A DNA stretch of 34,800 nucleotides. Source: Bdellovibrionota bacterium (lineage in GTDB: Bacteria > Bdellovibrionota > Bdellovibrionia > Bdellovibrionales > JAMPXM01). The DNA lies in assembly GCA_040384505.1 (NCBI GenBank), contig JAZKJB010000292.1:1-34800 (forward strand), in the 5' to 3' direction. Positions 16,067 through 24,430 of the stretch are shown here, in pieces. The first letter of the stretch is position 1; each line of letters begins with the position of its first letter. A program made the translations under genes and the position numbers. The notes beneath the pieces are model-generated. The model worked only from the letters and a program-made list of their open reading frames with translations. It ran no database searches and was not told where the DNA came from.

Positions 16067-16991
16067 AGAGAAGTCTTCCGCGGAACGCGAAACGAATCGC
16101 GAAGGCGAAGCGACGGAAAAAAACCACCGGCACCCACGGCAATTCCTCGAGACGCAAAACGAATTCGCGCATCTGAGGAAGGCCGAAACCGAAGCAGGTC
16201 CAAGCGATCCAACGCATGGCCTCGAGCAAACTCGCGCGCGAGGCGGATGAGGCGATCCCGGGTTTCGCTTGAAAGAGGATCGAAGCGATGGCGACGGGCT
16301 CAAGCCGAGGCTGAGCGAGCGGGACGAGAAATTTCTGGTCGAAAGACTTTCGCTGGAAGACGCGAGCTTCACGAGCGAAGACTTCGGCGACTTTCGAAGC
16401 GACGGCGATCCGGATCGGAAACGCGTGAGCGCACTCCCCGCGAACGAGAATCACCTCGTCGCCCAAAACTTCATAACCGGCTTTCAGACACTCCAGCGCC
16501 AAAGTCGACTTTCCACCTTTCGGCGGAAGATGGAACACGGCCGCTTCGTCACCGATACGCACGCCGAGCGCGTGCAACCTGACGAAGCCTTTCTTTTCGA
16601 GTTCCCATCCGAAGACCGAGAGAACGGAGACGTAGGCAATTTCGTAGACATGATTCGTATCGTCCCCGGAAATCGTGACGTCGGTTCGATTCGCGTGTCG
16701 AAAGACTCGTGAGCGCGTCCCGCCCCCGTGATCGCAGACGCGCGGGAAGAAACGATAGCGCGGCGTCAGTCTCGTGCGACCGAAACCGCCCTTGCGACCC
16801 GAGTTCCCGATCTCGCTCTGGAGCACGACACGGATTTCGCGAGTCACCGGCACCGAAGCATCGCGGGGAAAGTTCGCGAAGTCTTCCATGAGGCGATCGA
16901 GTGCCGGCTCGAGCCGCGGATCGCGGCACTCGATCGTCACGAGAACGTCGGAAAAGCGGAAGGACTGCTGGGATCGGTCGTTGGTCGTCAC
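15921..16991 (-). CDS. HprK-related (HPr kinase/phosphorylase C-terminal-like) P-loop kinase
   Basis: GFVRLHALGVRIGDEAAVFHLPPKGGKSTLALECLKAGYEVLGDEVILV matches the HprK-like pattern (H-A..v...g.avl..G.sG.GKSTlal.l...G..l..DD). GTG start at 16991. The last roughly 48 codons overlap the convergent GT2 gene and look low-complexity. Confidence 0.7.
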   Translation of the reverse strand: MTTNDRSQQSFRFSDVLVTIECRDPRLEPALDRLMEDFANFPRDASVPVTREIRVVLQSEIGNSGRKGGFGRTRLTPRYRFFPRVCDHGGGTRSRVFRHANRTDVTISGDDTNHVYEIAYVSVLSVFGWELEKKGFVRLHALGVRIGDEAAVFHLPPKGGKSTLALECLKAGYEVLGDEVILVRGECAHAFPIRIAVASKVAEVFAREARVFQRKSFDQKFLVPLAQPRLEPVAIASILFQAKPGIASSASRASLLEAMRWIAWTCFGFGLPQMREFVLRLEELPWVPVVFFRRFAFAIRFAFRGRLLFSRGVALVGSNELRPRLEWVRSSFEGTSRVSGESRSRPPWDKASEERA

Positions 16992-17087
16992 GGCAAATCG
17001 AGGCTAGGAGCCCGTCTCGCCCCGGGTCAAGATCTTGATTGAGCCTTGGAACACGATGGGCAACACTGCGGTCTCCAGGGGAATTCG

Positions 17088-17873
17088 ATGTCATCAACGG
17101 TCTCCACAAGGCCGCGCCTGTCGTGGCGCCAGATCCGCACTTTGACGGCCGCCAACCTCAAGGCTCGCTATCGCAATACGATCGCGGGCGTGATCTGGGT
17201 GGTCTTGAGCCCGTTGATGATCTATGCGGCCCAGAGCTTCGTCTTCAAAGCGATCCTGAAAATCCAGTTCGAGAACTACCTGCTGTTCTTGCTGACCGGC
17301 CTGCTTCCTTGGATCTTCTTGTCGCAGTCCGCCTCGATGGGAACGTCGATGTTCACTAGTCAGGGTCGTCTGCTCAAATCGTTTCCGATTCACCCCCTCG
17401 GTCTTTTGGTCGCGCTCATGGCCGACAACTTGATCAACTTCGTCATCACATTCTTGCTCCTTCTCGTTCCGATTCTCGTCCTCACCACCGGCGCGAATCC
17501 ACTGCACTTCCTCTTGCTGCCGATCCCGTTGTTGAGCCTGTTCACTTTCGTGCTCGGCTTCGTCTGGTTCTTGGCGACGTTGCAGGTCTTCTACTACGAC
17601 ACGCGCTTCGTTTTGGATTTCGTCTTGCTCATCGCCTACTACATGACGCCGATCTTTTATCCGGCCGAGCTCGTGGGCACCGACCTTCGCTGGGTCGTCG
17701 ATTACAATCCGATGTCGTATCTGCTCATGCCGATGCAGGCGCTTTCGCGGCCCGAGATGCCGTCGGATTGGGGATTTCTCGTCGCGAGATCCTTCGTCAC
17801 CTCCTTCGTGATGTTGGGAATCGCGGCCGCGTTCTGGAACCGCCGCCGCAACTCGGCCTACTTCCACCTTTGA
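17088..17873 (+). CDS. ABC-2 type polysaccharide/polyol-phosphate export permease (Wzm/TagG/KpsM-like)
   Basis: RQIRTLTAANLKARYRNTIAGVIWVVLSPLMIYA is the characteristic N-terminal ABC-2 block, followed by six hydrophobic helices. I chose ATG 17088 over the track's TTG 17046. Confidence 0.85.
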   Translation: MSSTVSTRPRLSWRQIRTLTAANLKARYRNTIAGVIWVVLSPLMIYAAQSFVFKAILKIQFENYLLFLLTGLLPWIFLSQSASMGTSMFTSQGRLLKSFPIHPLGLLVALMADNLINFVITFLLLLVPILVLTTGANPLHFLLLPIPLLSLFTFVLGFVWFLATLQVFYYDTRFVLDFVLLIAYYMTPIFYPAELVGTDLRWVVDYNPMSYLLMPMQALSRPEMPSDWGFLVARSFVTSFVMLGIAAAFWNRRRNSAYFHL

Positions 17874-17883
17874 GGTTTTCGGA

Positions 17884-18636
17884 GTGAAGACGTTAGTGAC
17901 GATGAAAGATCTCGGCCTCGTCTTCCCGGCGCGGATCCACCGCGCAGGGAGCATTCGCGATTCTTTCGTGCGCACGCTCACGCACCCGATCGTCACGTTG
18001 TTCACGCCCCAACAAAAATTGGAAGTGCTGGCGGGAATCGATCTCGAGATCCAACGAGGCGACCGTATCGCTCTGATGGGCGTGAACGGCGCAGGCAAAA
18101 CCTCGCTTTGCCGCGCGATCGCGGGCTTTTACAAACCGACACGAGGCACGCTCGACGTTCGCGGGCACGTGCGCGCGATCTTCGACACGATGGTCGGCAT
18201 CTATCCCGAGCTGACCGGCCGCGAGAACGCCGACATCCTGACCGACTTCCTCTACCCCGAGCTTCCCGACCGCGAGGTGCGAATTCGCGAAGCTCTCGAA
18301 TTCACGGAGCTCGGGCATTTCCTCGATACACCTTTCAAATTCTATTCGAACGGAATGCAAGCCCGCCTCTGCCTGTCGATCTTGACGATGAAAGAAACCG
18401 ACGTGCTGATTCTAGACGAGGTCTTCGAGGGCGCCGACCAATTCTTCCGTGAGAAGATCGCCGCCCGCGTCCTCGACATGATCGAGAAGTCAGGCGCCGT
18501 GATCTTCGTCAGCCATAGCGAGGATCAACTTCGCCGCGTCTGTAACCGCGCCGTCTTGATCAGAAAAGGGAAAGTCGCTTTCGACGGTCCCGTCGAAGAC
18601 GGTCTCAAGTTTTATCGAGAGACTCATCTCGGCTGA
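17884..18636 (+). CDS. ABC transporter ATP-binding protein (Wzt/TagH/KpsT-like)
   Basis: Walker A GVNGAGKTS, signature YSNGMQARL, Walker B VLILDE, H-loop VSHS. Start is GTG 17884 or ATG 17902. Confidence 0.9.
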   Translation: MKTLVTMKDLGLVFPARIHRAGSIRDSFVRTLTHPIVTLFTPQQKLEVLAGIDLEIQRGDRIALMGVNGAGKTSLCRAIAGFYKPTRGTLDVRGHVRAIFDTMVGIYPELTGRENADILTDFLYPELPDREVRIREALEFTELGHFLDTPFKFYSNGMQARLCLSILTMKETDVLILDEVFEGADQFFREKIAARVLDMIEKSGAVIFVSHSEDQLRRVCNRAVLIRKGKVAFDGPVEDGLKFYRETHLG

Positions 18637-19051
18637 AGGACGTCCTTCGCCTGAATTTCGCTTTCACGAGATTCCAGTTGAACTGCCACGGAGTCGTCGC
18701 ATGCGACGTCACGCGGCCGAGGATCCACGACTCCCGAACGGGATCGTCGCTCACCGGATTCGCGAGCCCCTTCGTGACGAGCGTTCTTTCGCCGTTCGCT
18801 GCCGGGAAAACGCCGCGATCCCAAACGCAATGGCACATCACGATTCCGTGATACCAGAACACGACGAGATCGTACTTCTCGAGCTCCTCGAAACGGCAGG
18901 GTTCGATCCGGGCGAGGGAGCCTGTCGGCAGCAAAGGCGCCATCGAGCCCGAGACGAGGCGAATCTCGAGCGACCCACGCTTCGCCACGAGGCTCTTGAG
19001 CCCCTCGAATTCCTCGCTCGAGATCTTCACTTCCTTCGTTCTCCCTGGCAT
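18605..19051 (-). CDS. small soluble S26B-like (SipW/Sec11-type) peptidase homologue without a membrane anchor
   Basis: LVSGSMAPLLPTGSLARIEP ... YDLVVFW ... IVMCHCVWD ... TLVTKGLANPVSDDPV is collinear with my recollection of B. subtilis SipW boxes (SGSMEP..TGS / GDVITF / THRIV / KGDNN...D). There is no hydrophobic segment at either end. The start is ATG 19051 or GTG 19030. Confidence 0.6.
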   Translation of the reverse strand: MPGRTKEVKISSEEFEGLKSLVAKRGSLEIRLVSGSMAPLLPTGSLARIEPCRFEELEKYDLVVFWYHGIVMCHCVWDRGVFPAANGERTLVTKGLANPVSDDPVRESWILGRVTSHATTPWQFNWNLVKAKFRRRTSFSRDESLDKT

Positions 19052-19061
19052 GGTGACCCCG

Positions 19062-19943
19062 ATGGTACTCGTGTTCGGATCGAATGGACAACTGGCGTCG
19101 AGCTTGAAGTCGACGGGCTTCGCCCGCGAAGCGACGTACCTCGGCTCCGACCGCGTCGACTTTCTGCGGGCCGGCTCGATCGAACGGGCTCTCGACTCCC
19201 ATCGCCCTCGTTTGATCGTAAACGCCTCGGCCTACACGAAAGTGGATGCCGCGGAAAGCGATCGCCAGGCATGCGAGCTCGTGAACGCCACCGCTCCCCA
19301 GAGAATCGGGAAATGGGCGAAGGAGAATGATGCGAGCGTCGTCCATTTCTCGACAGACTACGTCTTCCCGGGAACGGGGACCTCGGCGTGGACCGAAGAC
19401 GACACCCCCGCACCGGTGAACTGGTACGGCGAAACGAAACTCCGAGGGGAATTGCTCCTGCGCGAGAGCGGATGCCACGCCGTTACATTCAGAACGTCGT
19501 GGGTGTTCTCAGAATTCGGAAGCAACTTCGTGAAGACGATGTTGCGCCTTGGCAAATCGAACGACGAGTTGAAAGTCGTTTCGGATCAGATCGGCAATCC
19601 GACCTATGCCGCCGACATCGCGGAGTTTCTCGATCGCACGATCGAGAAGATCGAATCGCGCGAGGTTTCGGGCACGTACCACTTGAGCAACGCCGGTCCG
19701 ACCTCGTGGTACGAGTTCGCCGAGCACATTTTCGCGCGGGCCGCGGAGCTCGGCCATCCCCTGAGAATCAAGTCTGTTGCGCCGATCCCGTCATCTCAAT
19801 ATCCTACCCCCGCGAGGCGCCCGTTGAACGGAAGCCTCTGCCTGGAACGCACCAAGCGCGCCTTCGACGACGGACTCCCGCCCTGGAGAGACGCCGTCGA
19901 TAGGTGCCTCGTGAAGATGGGATTGCCCGTTGAAAATACTTGA
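19062..19943 (+). CDS. rfbD: dTDP-4-dehydrorhamnose reductase
   Basis: MVLVFGSNGQLASSL (Rossmann GxxGxxG-type), SAYTKVDAAE, STDYVFPG, YGETKLRGE (YxxxK), SWVFSEFGSNFVKTML, VVSDQIGNPTYAADIA. I chose ATG 19062; the track starts earlier at 18996, and another ATG lies at 19050. Confidence 0.9.
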   Translation: MVLVFGSNGQLASSLKSTGFAREATYLGSDRVDFLRAGSIERALDSHRPRLIVNASAYTKVDAAESDRQACELVNATAPQRIGKWAKENDASVVHFSTDYVFPGTGTSAWTEDDTPAPVNWYGETKLRGELLLRESGCHAVTFRTSWVFSEFGSNFVKTMLRLGKSNDELKVVSDQIGNPTYAADIAEFLDRTIEKIESREVSGTYHLSNAGPTSWYEFAEHIFARAAELGHPLRIKSVAPIPSSQYPTPARRPLNGSLCLERTKRAFDDGLPPWRDAVDRCLVKMGLPVENT

Positions 19944-20475
19944 GCTCGAATTCAAAGGCCCGCGGTTGATCGAGCTGAAGACTCACGCCGACGAACGAGG
20001 ACATTTCGTCGAACGTTGGAACAAGCAACGCTTTCTCGATCTCGATCTTCCCGAATTCGTCCAAGACAATTTTTCGCGCTCCGCTGCCAGTGTCGTTCGC
20101 GGTCTTCATTATCAACACGAGCGTCCGCAGGGAAAGCTCGTGACGTGTCTTCGCGGGAAAATTCTCGACGTCCTCGTCGATCTCCGGAAGAGCTCGTCGA
20201 CCTATGGCGACCACTGCGCGATCGAGCTCTCCAGCGAGAAAGCCTGCTGGCTCTGGATTCCACCTGGTTTCGCGCACGGCTTCTCGGTGCTTTCCGCAGA
20301 CGGAGCCGATCTCTGGTACAAAGTAGACCAAGACTACAACGCCAAAGGCGAAGGCGGCATCCGCTGGGACGACGCCAAACTCGCGATCGATTGGCGCGTC
20401 GGCGCACCGATCTTGAGCGAGCGCGATCGAGCGCTTCCCGCTTTCGACGAGTATTCCCGCCGGCCCGCGTTTTGA
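19930..20475 (+). CDS. rfbC: dTDP-4-dehydrorhamnose 3,5-epimerase
   Basis: HADERGHFVERWN, QDNFSRSAASVVRGLHYQ, QGKLVTCLRGKILDVLVDLRKSSSTYG, LWIPPGFAHGFSVLS. The TTG start overlaps the rfbD stop by 14 nt. Confidence 0.9.
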   Translation: MKILELEFKGPRLIELKTHADERGHFVERWNKQRFLDLDLPEFVQDNFSRSAASVVRGLHYQHERPQGKLVTCLRGKILDVLVDLRKSSSTYGDHCAIELSSEKACWLWIPPGFAHGFSVLSADGADLWYKVDQDYNAKGEGGIRWDDAKLAIDWRVGAPILSERDRALPAFDEYSRRPAF

Positions 20476-21410
20476 TGATCGCGTTCGACAAGTACCGAAT
20501 CCTCCATCGCTTCGCGCGCGTTCTCGAAACTCCCCGCGCTCGCGCGATAAACGAATCGATGCGCAAGCTCGAGCTGCACGTCCTCGCGCCCGCCATCCTG
20601 CGCAGAGCACTCCTCCCCTGGAAAACGTCCGTCGAATTCCATTTTCGCCACAGCGTTCGTGAAGCGGGAGAGTTCAACTTCCTCTTGAGCGACGTCGATT
20701 TCGATCTCGTGCTGCTGCGGGATTTTTCGACCGAAGAATCGAGCCACCTGAACGAAGCCCTCGCTTCCGTTCGCAAGAAATTCCGCTTCATCGGCGAAGC
20801 CGAAGTCTTTTCCGCCGACGAGTTTCGGCGGTTGAAGTCGATCGAAACCGCCAACGGAGACGTCTATTCGTTCCTGCGCTGGATTCGCAAGCTGCGTTGG
20901 ATGGAGGCCGTGATCACGAGCGAACGCGAAGCCTACCACCGCTTCAAAGCCGAGCGCTCGAACGACATCACCCGGAAGAAAATCGCGCGCCATCTCGGTC
21001 GCGAAGCGAACGAAGATCTCTCGAAATCTCTCGGCGCTTGGCTCGACGAGCGCTTTCCCGCGAGCCCGGCGCTACGACTCTCCCGACCGGTGTGGATCGA
21101 CTATCTCGGTTACTGGGTCGCGGTCGAAGGGACCCGCGACGTCGCGAGCCCGATTCTCATCCTCACGCCCGAACAAGTCGGCGCCCTCATCGCCCTCGTT
21201 CCCGACATTTTCCACGAGTCTACCGAAACGACGGAGCTTGCAAAAGCGCTCAGGGCGCAGGATTCCCGGCTACTTGAGGCGTGGCATCAAATGGCCTCGA
21301 TCGAAGAGCTCCGGCAGCGCGCGTGGGGTCGGACACAAACCGAGCTTCCTCGGGATTTCGCGACGTGGGTCGCGACACTCGAGGGTTGGCGACGGTCGAT
21401 TAACCCGTAG
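20475..21410 (+). CDS. hypothetical protein with a nucleotidyltransferase-like SDVDFDLVLL motif
   Basis: ATG 20475 overlaps the rfbC stop (TGATG). The first 153 codons of the track ORF (from 20016) are the R-rich +1 frame of rfbC and are rejected. HSVREAGEFNFLLSDVDFDLVLL resembles the G[SG]-x(9-13)-DxD minimal-NTase signature, but the Gly-Ser is not conserved. Confidence 0.55.
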   Translation: MIAFDKYRILHRFARVLETPRARAINESMRKLELHVLAPAILRRALLPWKTSVEFHFRHSVREAGEFNFLLSDVDFDLVLLRDFSTEESSHLNEALASVRKKFRFIGEAEVFSADEFRRLKSIETANGDVYSFLRWIRKLRWMEAVITSEREAYHRFKAERSNDITRKKIARHLGREANEDLSKSLGAWLDERFPASPALRLSRPVWIDYLGYWVAVEGTRDVASPILILTPEQVGALIALVPDIFHESTETTELAKALRAQDSRLLEAWHQMASIEELRQRAWGRTQTELPRDFATWVATLEGWRRSINP

Positions 21411-21443
21411 ACTTTCCAATCGTTCTATCGTCAAATTTGCCTC

Positions 21444-22706
21444 GTGAAAAAACGTGCGATCGTGACGATTTCGGCCCTCAACTACGCGGCTCGTGCCGAA
21501 GTCGTTTGCCGGACATTCAAGAAGTTCCACCCCGACATTCCCTTCCATTTTTTCGTCATGGACGATCCCGATGGATCGCGGTCGAAAAAAGTTCTCAAGA
21601 CCGAAGCGAAGACGTTCTTCATGAACGACTTGATCCGCTTCCACGAGAAAAAGCCGGGCAAAGTCCCGATCCTCACGATGCTCTTCCCTTACGACGTCAT
21701 GGAAGCGTCGACGGCGATCAAGCCGCTCATTCTTTTGCAAATGTTCGAAGAATACGGGTACGACGAAGTGATCTTCATCGATCCGGACACGATGGTCACG
21801 TCGTCACTCGAATCGGTCTGGGACGCGTTCGCCGAGGGCGACGTCCTTCTGACTCCGCACATCGTCACGTTCGGCGACGAAGAAGAGGCGAACCTCGGCG
21901 AGAGGGCCGTCCTCATGTCGGGTGTCTTCAACTTGGGCTTCATCGGCGTCGCGAACAAACCGAAGGTGAAAGAGTTCTTGAACTGGTGGGCCCGCCGACT
22001 CGTCAAATATTGTTTGAAGGACCCGGGACGCGGCTATTTCACCGATCAGCGTTGGGTCGATCCCGCGTTCGGCGCGATGTCGAGAGTCGTGGTTTTGCGC
22101 GATCTCGGCTTGAACGTCGCCCACTGGAACATCCACGAACGAAAAGTGTGGCGCGACAAGAAGGGCGTCTACCGCGTCGGAAAAGACGTGCTCAAGTTCT
22201 TCCACTTCAGCGGCTACAAACCGAGCGCCCCGGAGAACCTCTCGGGCTATCGGCCCGACTTGAAGCTGAAGGAGCTCGGCGCGGTGAAGTCGCTCGCGAG
22301 CGAATACCACAAACTCCTCGCGAAATTCGGGAACTCGAAGATCGAGAAACAAGATTACGGTTACGACTCTTTCTCGAACGGTGTCGAAATTCCCGCGATC
22401 ATCAAAGGCTGGGCGAAAGCCGCCGTCGAGCTCGAGCGCTTCCCGAATCCCTATGAAGTCCGCGATAGGAACTCGTTCTTCAACTGGTTGCTCCGCTCGT
22501 CCGGCACCGAGCTTTGTCCGCTCGCCGCGATCGTGAAGCAAGTTCGGGTCGATCTCCAGCGCAGCTTCCCGCACAACGACGCACGATCGAATGCAGCCTA
22601 CATGAATTGGCTCCTCGAACGCGGCTGGAAGGATCACGACTTCGACCCGAAGATCGCGATGCTCCTTAAAAAGAAGATGCCGGTCTATCAAGGGCTGCTC
22701 GAGTGA
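21444..22706 (+). CDS. GT-A fold glycosyltransferase, GT8-like (DxD = DPD)
   Basis: AIVTISALNYAARAEVVCRTF, VIFIDPDTMV, LMSGVFNLGFIGV, YFTDQRWVD, NVAHWNIHER, FFHFSGY. GTG start. Confidence 0.72.
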   Translation: MKKRAIVTISALNYAARAEVVCRTFKKFHPDIPFHFFVMDDPDGSRSKKVLKTEAKTFFMNDLIRFHEKKPGKVPILTMLFPYDVMEASTAIKPLILLQMFEEYGYDEVIFIDPDTMVTSSLESVWDAFAEGDVLLTPHIVTFGDEEEANLGERAVLMSGVFNLGFIGVANKPKVKEFLNWWARRLVKYCLKDPGRGYFTDQRWVDPAFGAMSRVVVLRDLGLNVAHWNIHERKVWRDKKGVYRVGKDVLKFFHFSGYKPSAPENLSGYRPDLKLKELGAVKSLASEYHKLLAKFGNSKIEKQDYGYDSFSNGVEIPAIIKGWAKAAVELERFPNPYEVRDRNSFFNWLLRSSGTELCPLAAIVKQVRVDLQRSFPHNDARSNAAYMNWLLERGWKDHDFDPKIAMLLKKKMPVYQGLLE

Positions 22707-24430
22707 GCGGCTCGGAACCTTTGTTGATCCTCATCGACTCCCGTCGTGGAGACGCGAGCCTGCTGAAGCGCACGCTCGCGGCAGCCCCCGAGCAATGCGG
22801 GATCTGGGTTCAGGCGGAAGAACCGCTCCTCAAGTCCAAACGCATTTCGAGATGGCTCCCCGACGAAGGCGACGTTTTTCTTCCCGTCGACCTGAAGAAC
22901 GAAAACGAAAAAAGCGCGATCGTCATCGTCCGAGCCGGCGAAGTCGGTTTCCCGAAAACCGGCTCCATGCACACGAGGCGTTTCCGCGGTCTCGACTCCG
23001 ATGAAGTAAAAACCTGGCGGGGCTGGGCTTACGTTCCGAGGGGACACTTCACGAATTGGTCTTCGGCGAAAATCCGCAAGTTCGTTCGCGGCTTCATCGA
23101 GCCAAATCGCGTCCCCGAATCGCGAACGATCCCGAACGAGGCGCTCACGAAACCTCGCATCTTGCTCGTCGGTCACACGGACATTCAAGGCCCCGTCGGC
23201 GGCGTCCAGCTTCACGTCCGCGACATGATCCAGTGGCTCGACCGCGACCACCTGGTCTTCTATGTTTCCCCTCACGCCAAGGGGTATCTCGTTCGCGCGT
23301 CCCACGAAGCGAAGTCCTACGAATCCTTCGTCGAGTTCGAATGGGGTCAGCGGGACGCCATGACGAACCCGCGAGCTGAGAAGGCTTTCGATCGACTATT
23401 AAAAAGTGTCACGCCCGACGTCGTGCATTTCCATCACCTGATGGGATTTCCCTTCTCTCTCGTCGAGGTGGCGAAGAAGCGGACGAGAACGGTCGTTTCG
23501 ATGCACGACTTCTATGCGTTCTGTCCACGTTACGATCTCATCGACGAACGCGGAGAGTTCTGCGACTTTTGTGGCCGCGAGACATCCTGCAAAGCCGAAG
23601 ATCCCGGGCAGCGTACGATCCCGTTTCGCGGAACGGCCGCCGCGAGACGTGAAAAGATTCGGCGAACTTTGAAAGGCGTCCCGAAGATCGTGCCGTCTTC
23701 GAACACCAAACGGCTCCTCGTCGAGAACTTGAAACTCGCCGCCGACGAGATCGTCGTGCGCGAGTACCCGATCGCCGAGCAACATCTCGAAACGACGGCC
23801 CCGAAGCCGAAGAGCCGCAAGAAAGACCAGCTCACCGTCGGCTTCATCGGGGCCTTCACGCAAAAGAAAGGCGCACTGTACTTCGAGCGTCTCGTGAAAG
23901 CGCACGCCGAGGCGAATCCGAAGGTGAAATGGAAAGTCTTCGGCGAAATCGGCGAGAGCGACATCGCCCTCGCGCTCGAAGACGAGTACGACGTCGAGTT
24001 CATCGGAAGTTACGCTCGCGGCCAGCTGAAGACTCTTCTCAGGAAACACCAAGTCGATATCGGTCTCGTCTTGTCGATCTGGCCCGAAACTTATGCGATG
24101 ACGGTCGCCGAAGCGACGGCCGCAGGCTGCATTCCCGTGGTCACCGACGTCGGCGCTCCTCCCGAGCGCGTGACGAGCCTAGGTCACGGATGGGTTCTCG
24201 ATCGCGCGACTCTCGAAAAAGATTTCGGCGTCGTTCTTGAAACGATCAAACGATTTCCGGAAACCCTCGAGCGACGCCAGCTGAAGCCCTCACCCGGCCA
24301 GTTCGAATCGAGAATGCAAGCGTTGCTCGAGACGGTTACTGGGGTCGCGGCCCGAGATGATCGACATCCCGCCAGCCGACCGCGAAATCCGAAAGTCGCG
24401 GTTGATTCGACTTCGTCACCCCGCATTTGA
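22703..24430 (+). CDS. GT4 (GT-B, group 1) glycosyltransferase with an N-terminal extension of about 160 aa
   Basis: RILLVGHTDIQGPVGGVQLHVRDM, VVHFHHLMGF, VGFIGAFTQKKG, SIWPETYAMTVAEATAAGCIPVVTDVGAPPERV (EX7E region). The GTG start overlaps the upstream stop (GTGA). Confidence 0.85.
   Translation: MSGSEPLLILIDSRRGDASLLKRTLAAAPEQCGIWVQAEEPLLKSKRISRWLPDEGDVFLPVDLKNENEKSAIVIVRAGEVGFPKTGSMHTRRFRGLDSDEVKTWRGWAYVPRGHFTNWSSAKIRKFVRGFIEPNRVPESRTIPNEALTKPRILLVGHTDIQGPVGGVQLHVRDMIQWLDRDHLVFYVSPHAKGYLVRASHEAKSYESFVEFEWGQRDAMTNPRAEKAFDRLLKSVTPDVVHFHHLMGFPFSLVEVAKKRTRTVVSMHDFYAFCPRYDLIDERGEFCDFCGRETSCKAEDPGQRTIPFRGTAAARREKIRRTLKGVPKIVPSSNTKRLLVENLKLAADEIVVREYPIAEQHLETTAPKPKSRKKDQLTVGFIGAFTQKKGALYFERLVKAHAEANPKVKWKVFGEIGESDIALALEDEYDVEFIGSYARGQLKTLLRKHQVDIGLVLSIWPETYAMTVAEATAAGCIPVVTDVGAPPERVTSLGHGWVLDRATLEKDFGVVLETIKRFPETLERRQLKPSPGQFESRMQALLETVTGVAARDDRHPASRPRNPKVAVDSTSSPRI

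Noticed and set aside
17094-18098. 334-aa minus-strand ORF across the ABC permease and the start of the ATPase gene
   Set aside because: It is an antisense shadow, extremely E/D/R/Q-rich. The + strand encodes canonical ABC-2 and Walker A/B proteins.
20016-20474. First 153 codons of ORF 20016..21410
   Set aside because: This is an Arg/Ser-rich alternative frame lying entirely inside rfbC. A TGATG stop/start overlap at 20473-20477 gives a natural start for the downstream gene.
21437-22456. 339-aa + ORF in an alternative frame of the GT8-like gene
   Set aside because: It is Arg-rich low-complexity sequence. The overlapping frame 21444..22706 carries DxD and other GT-A motifs.
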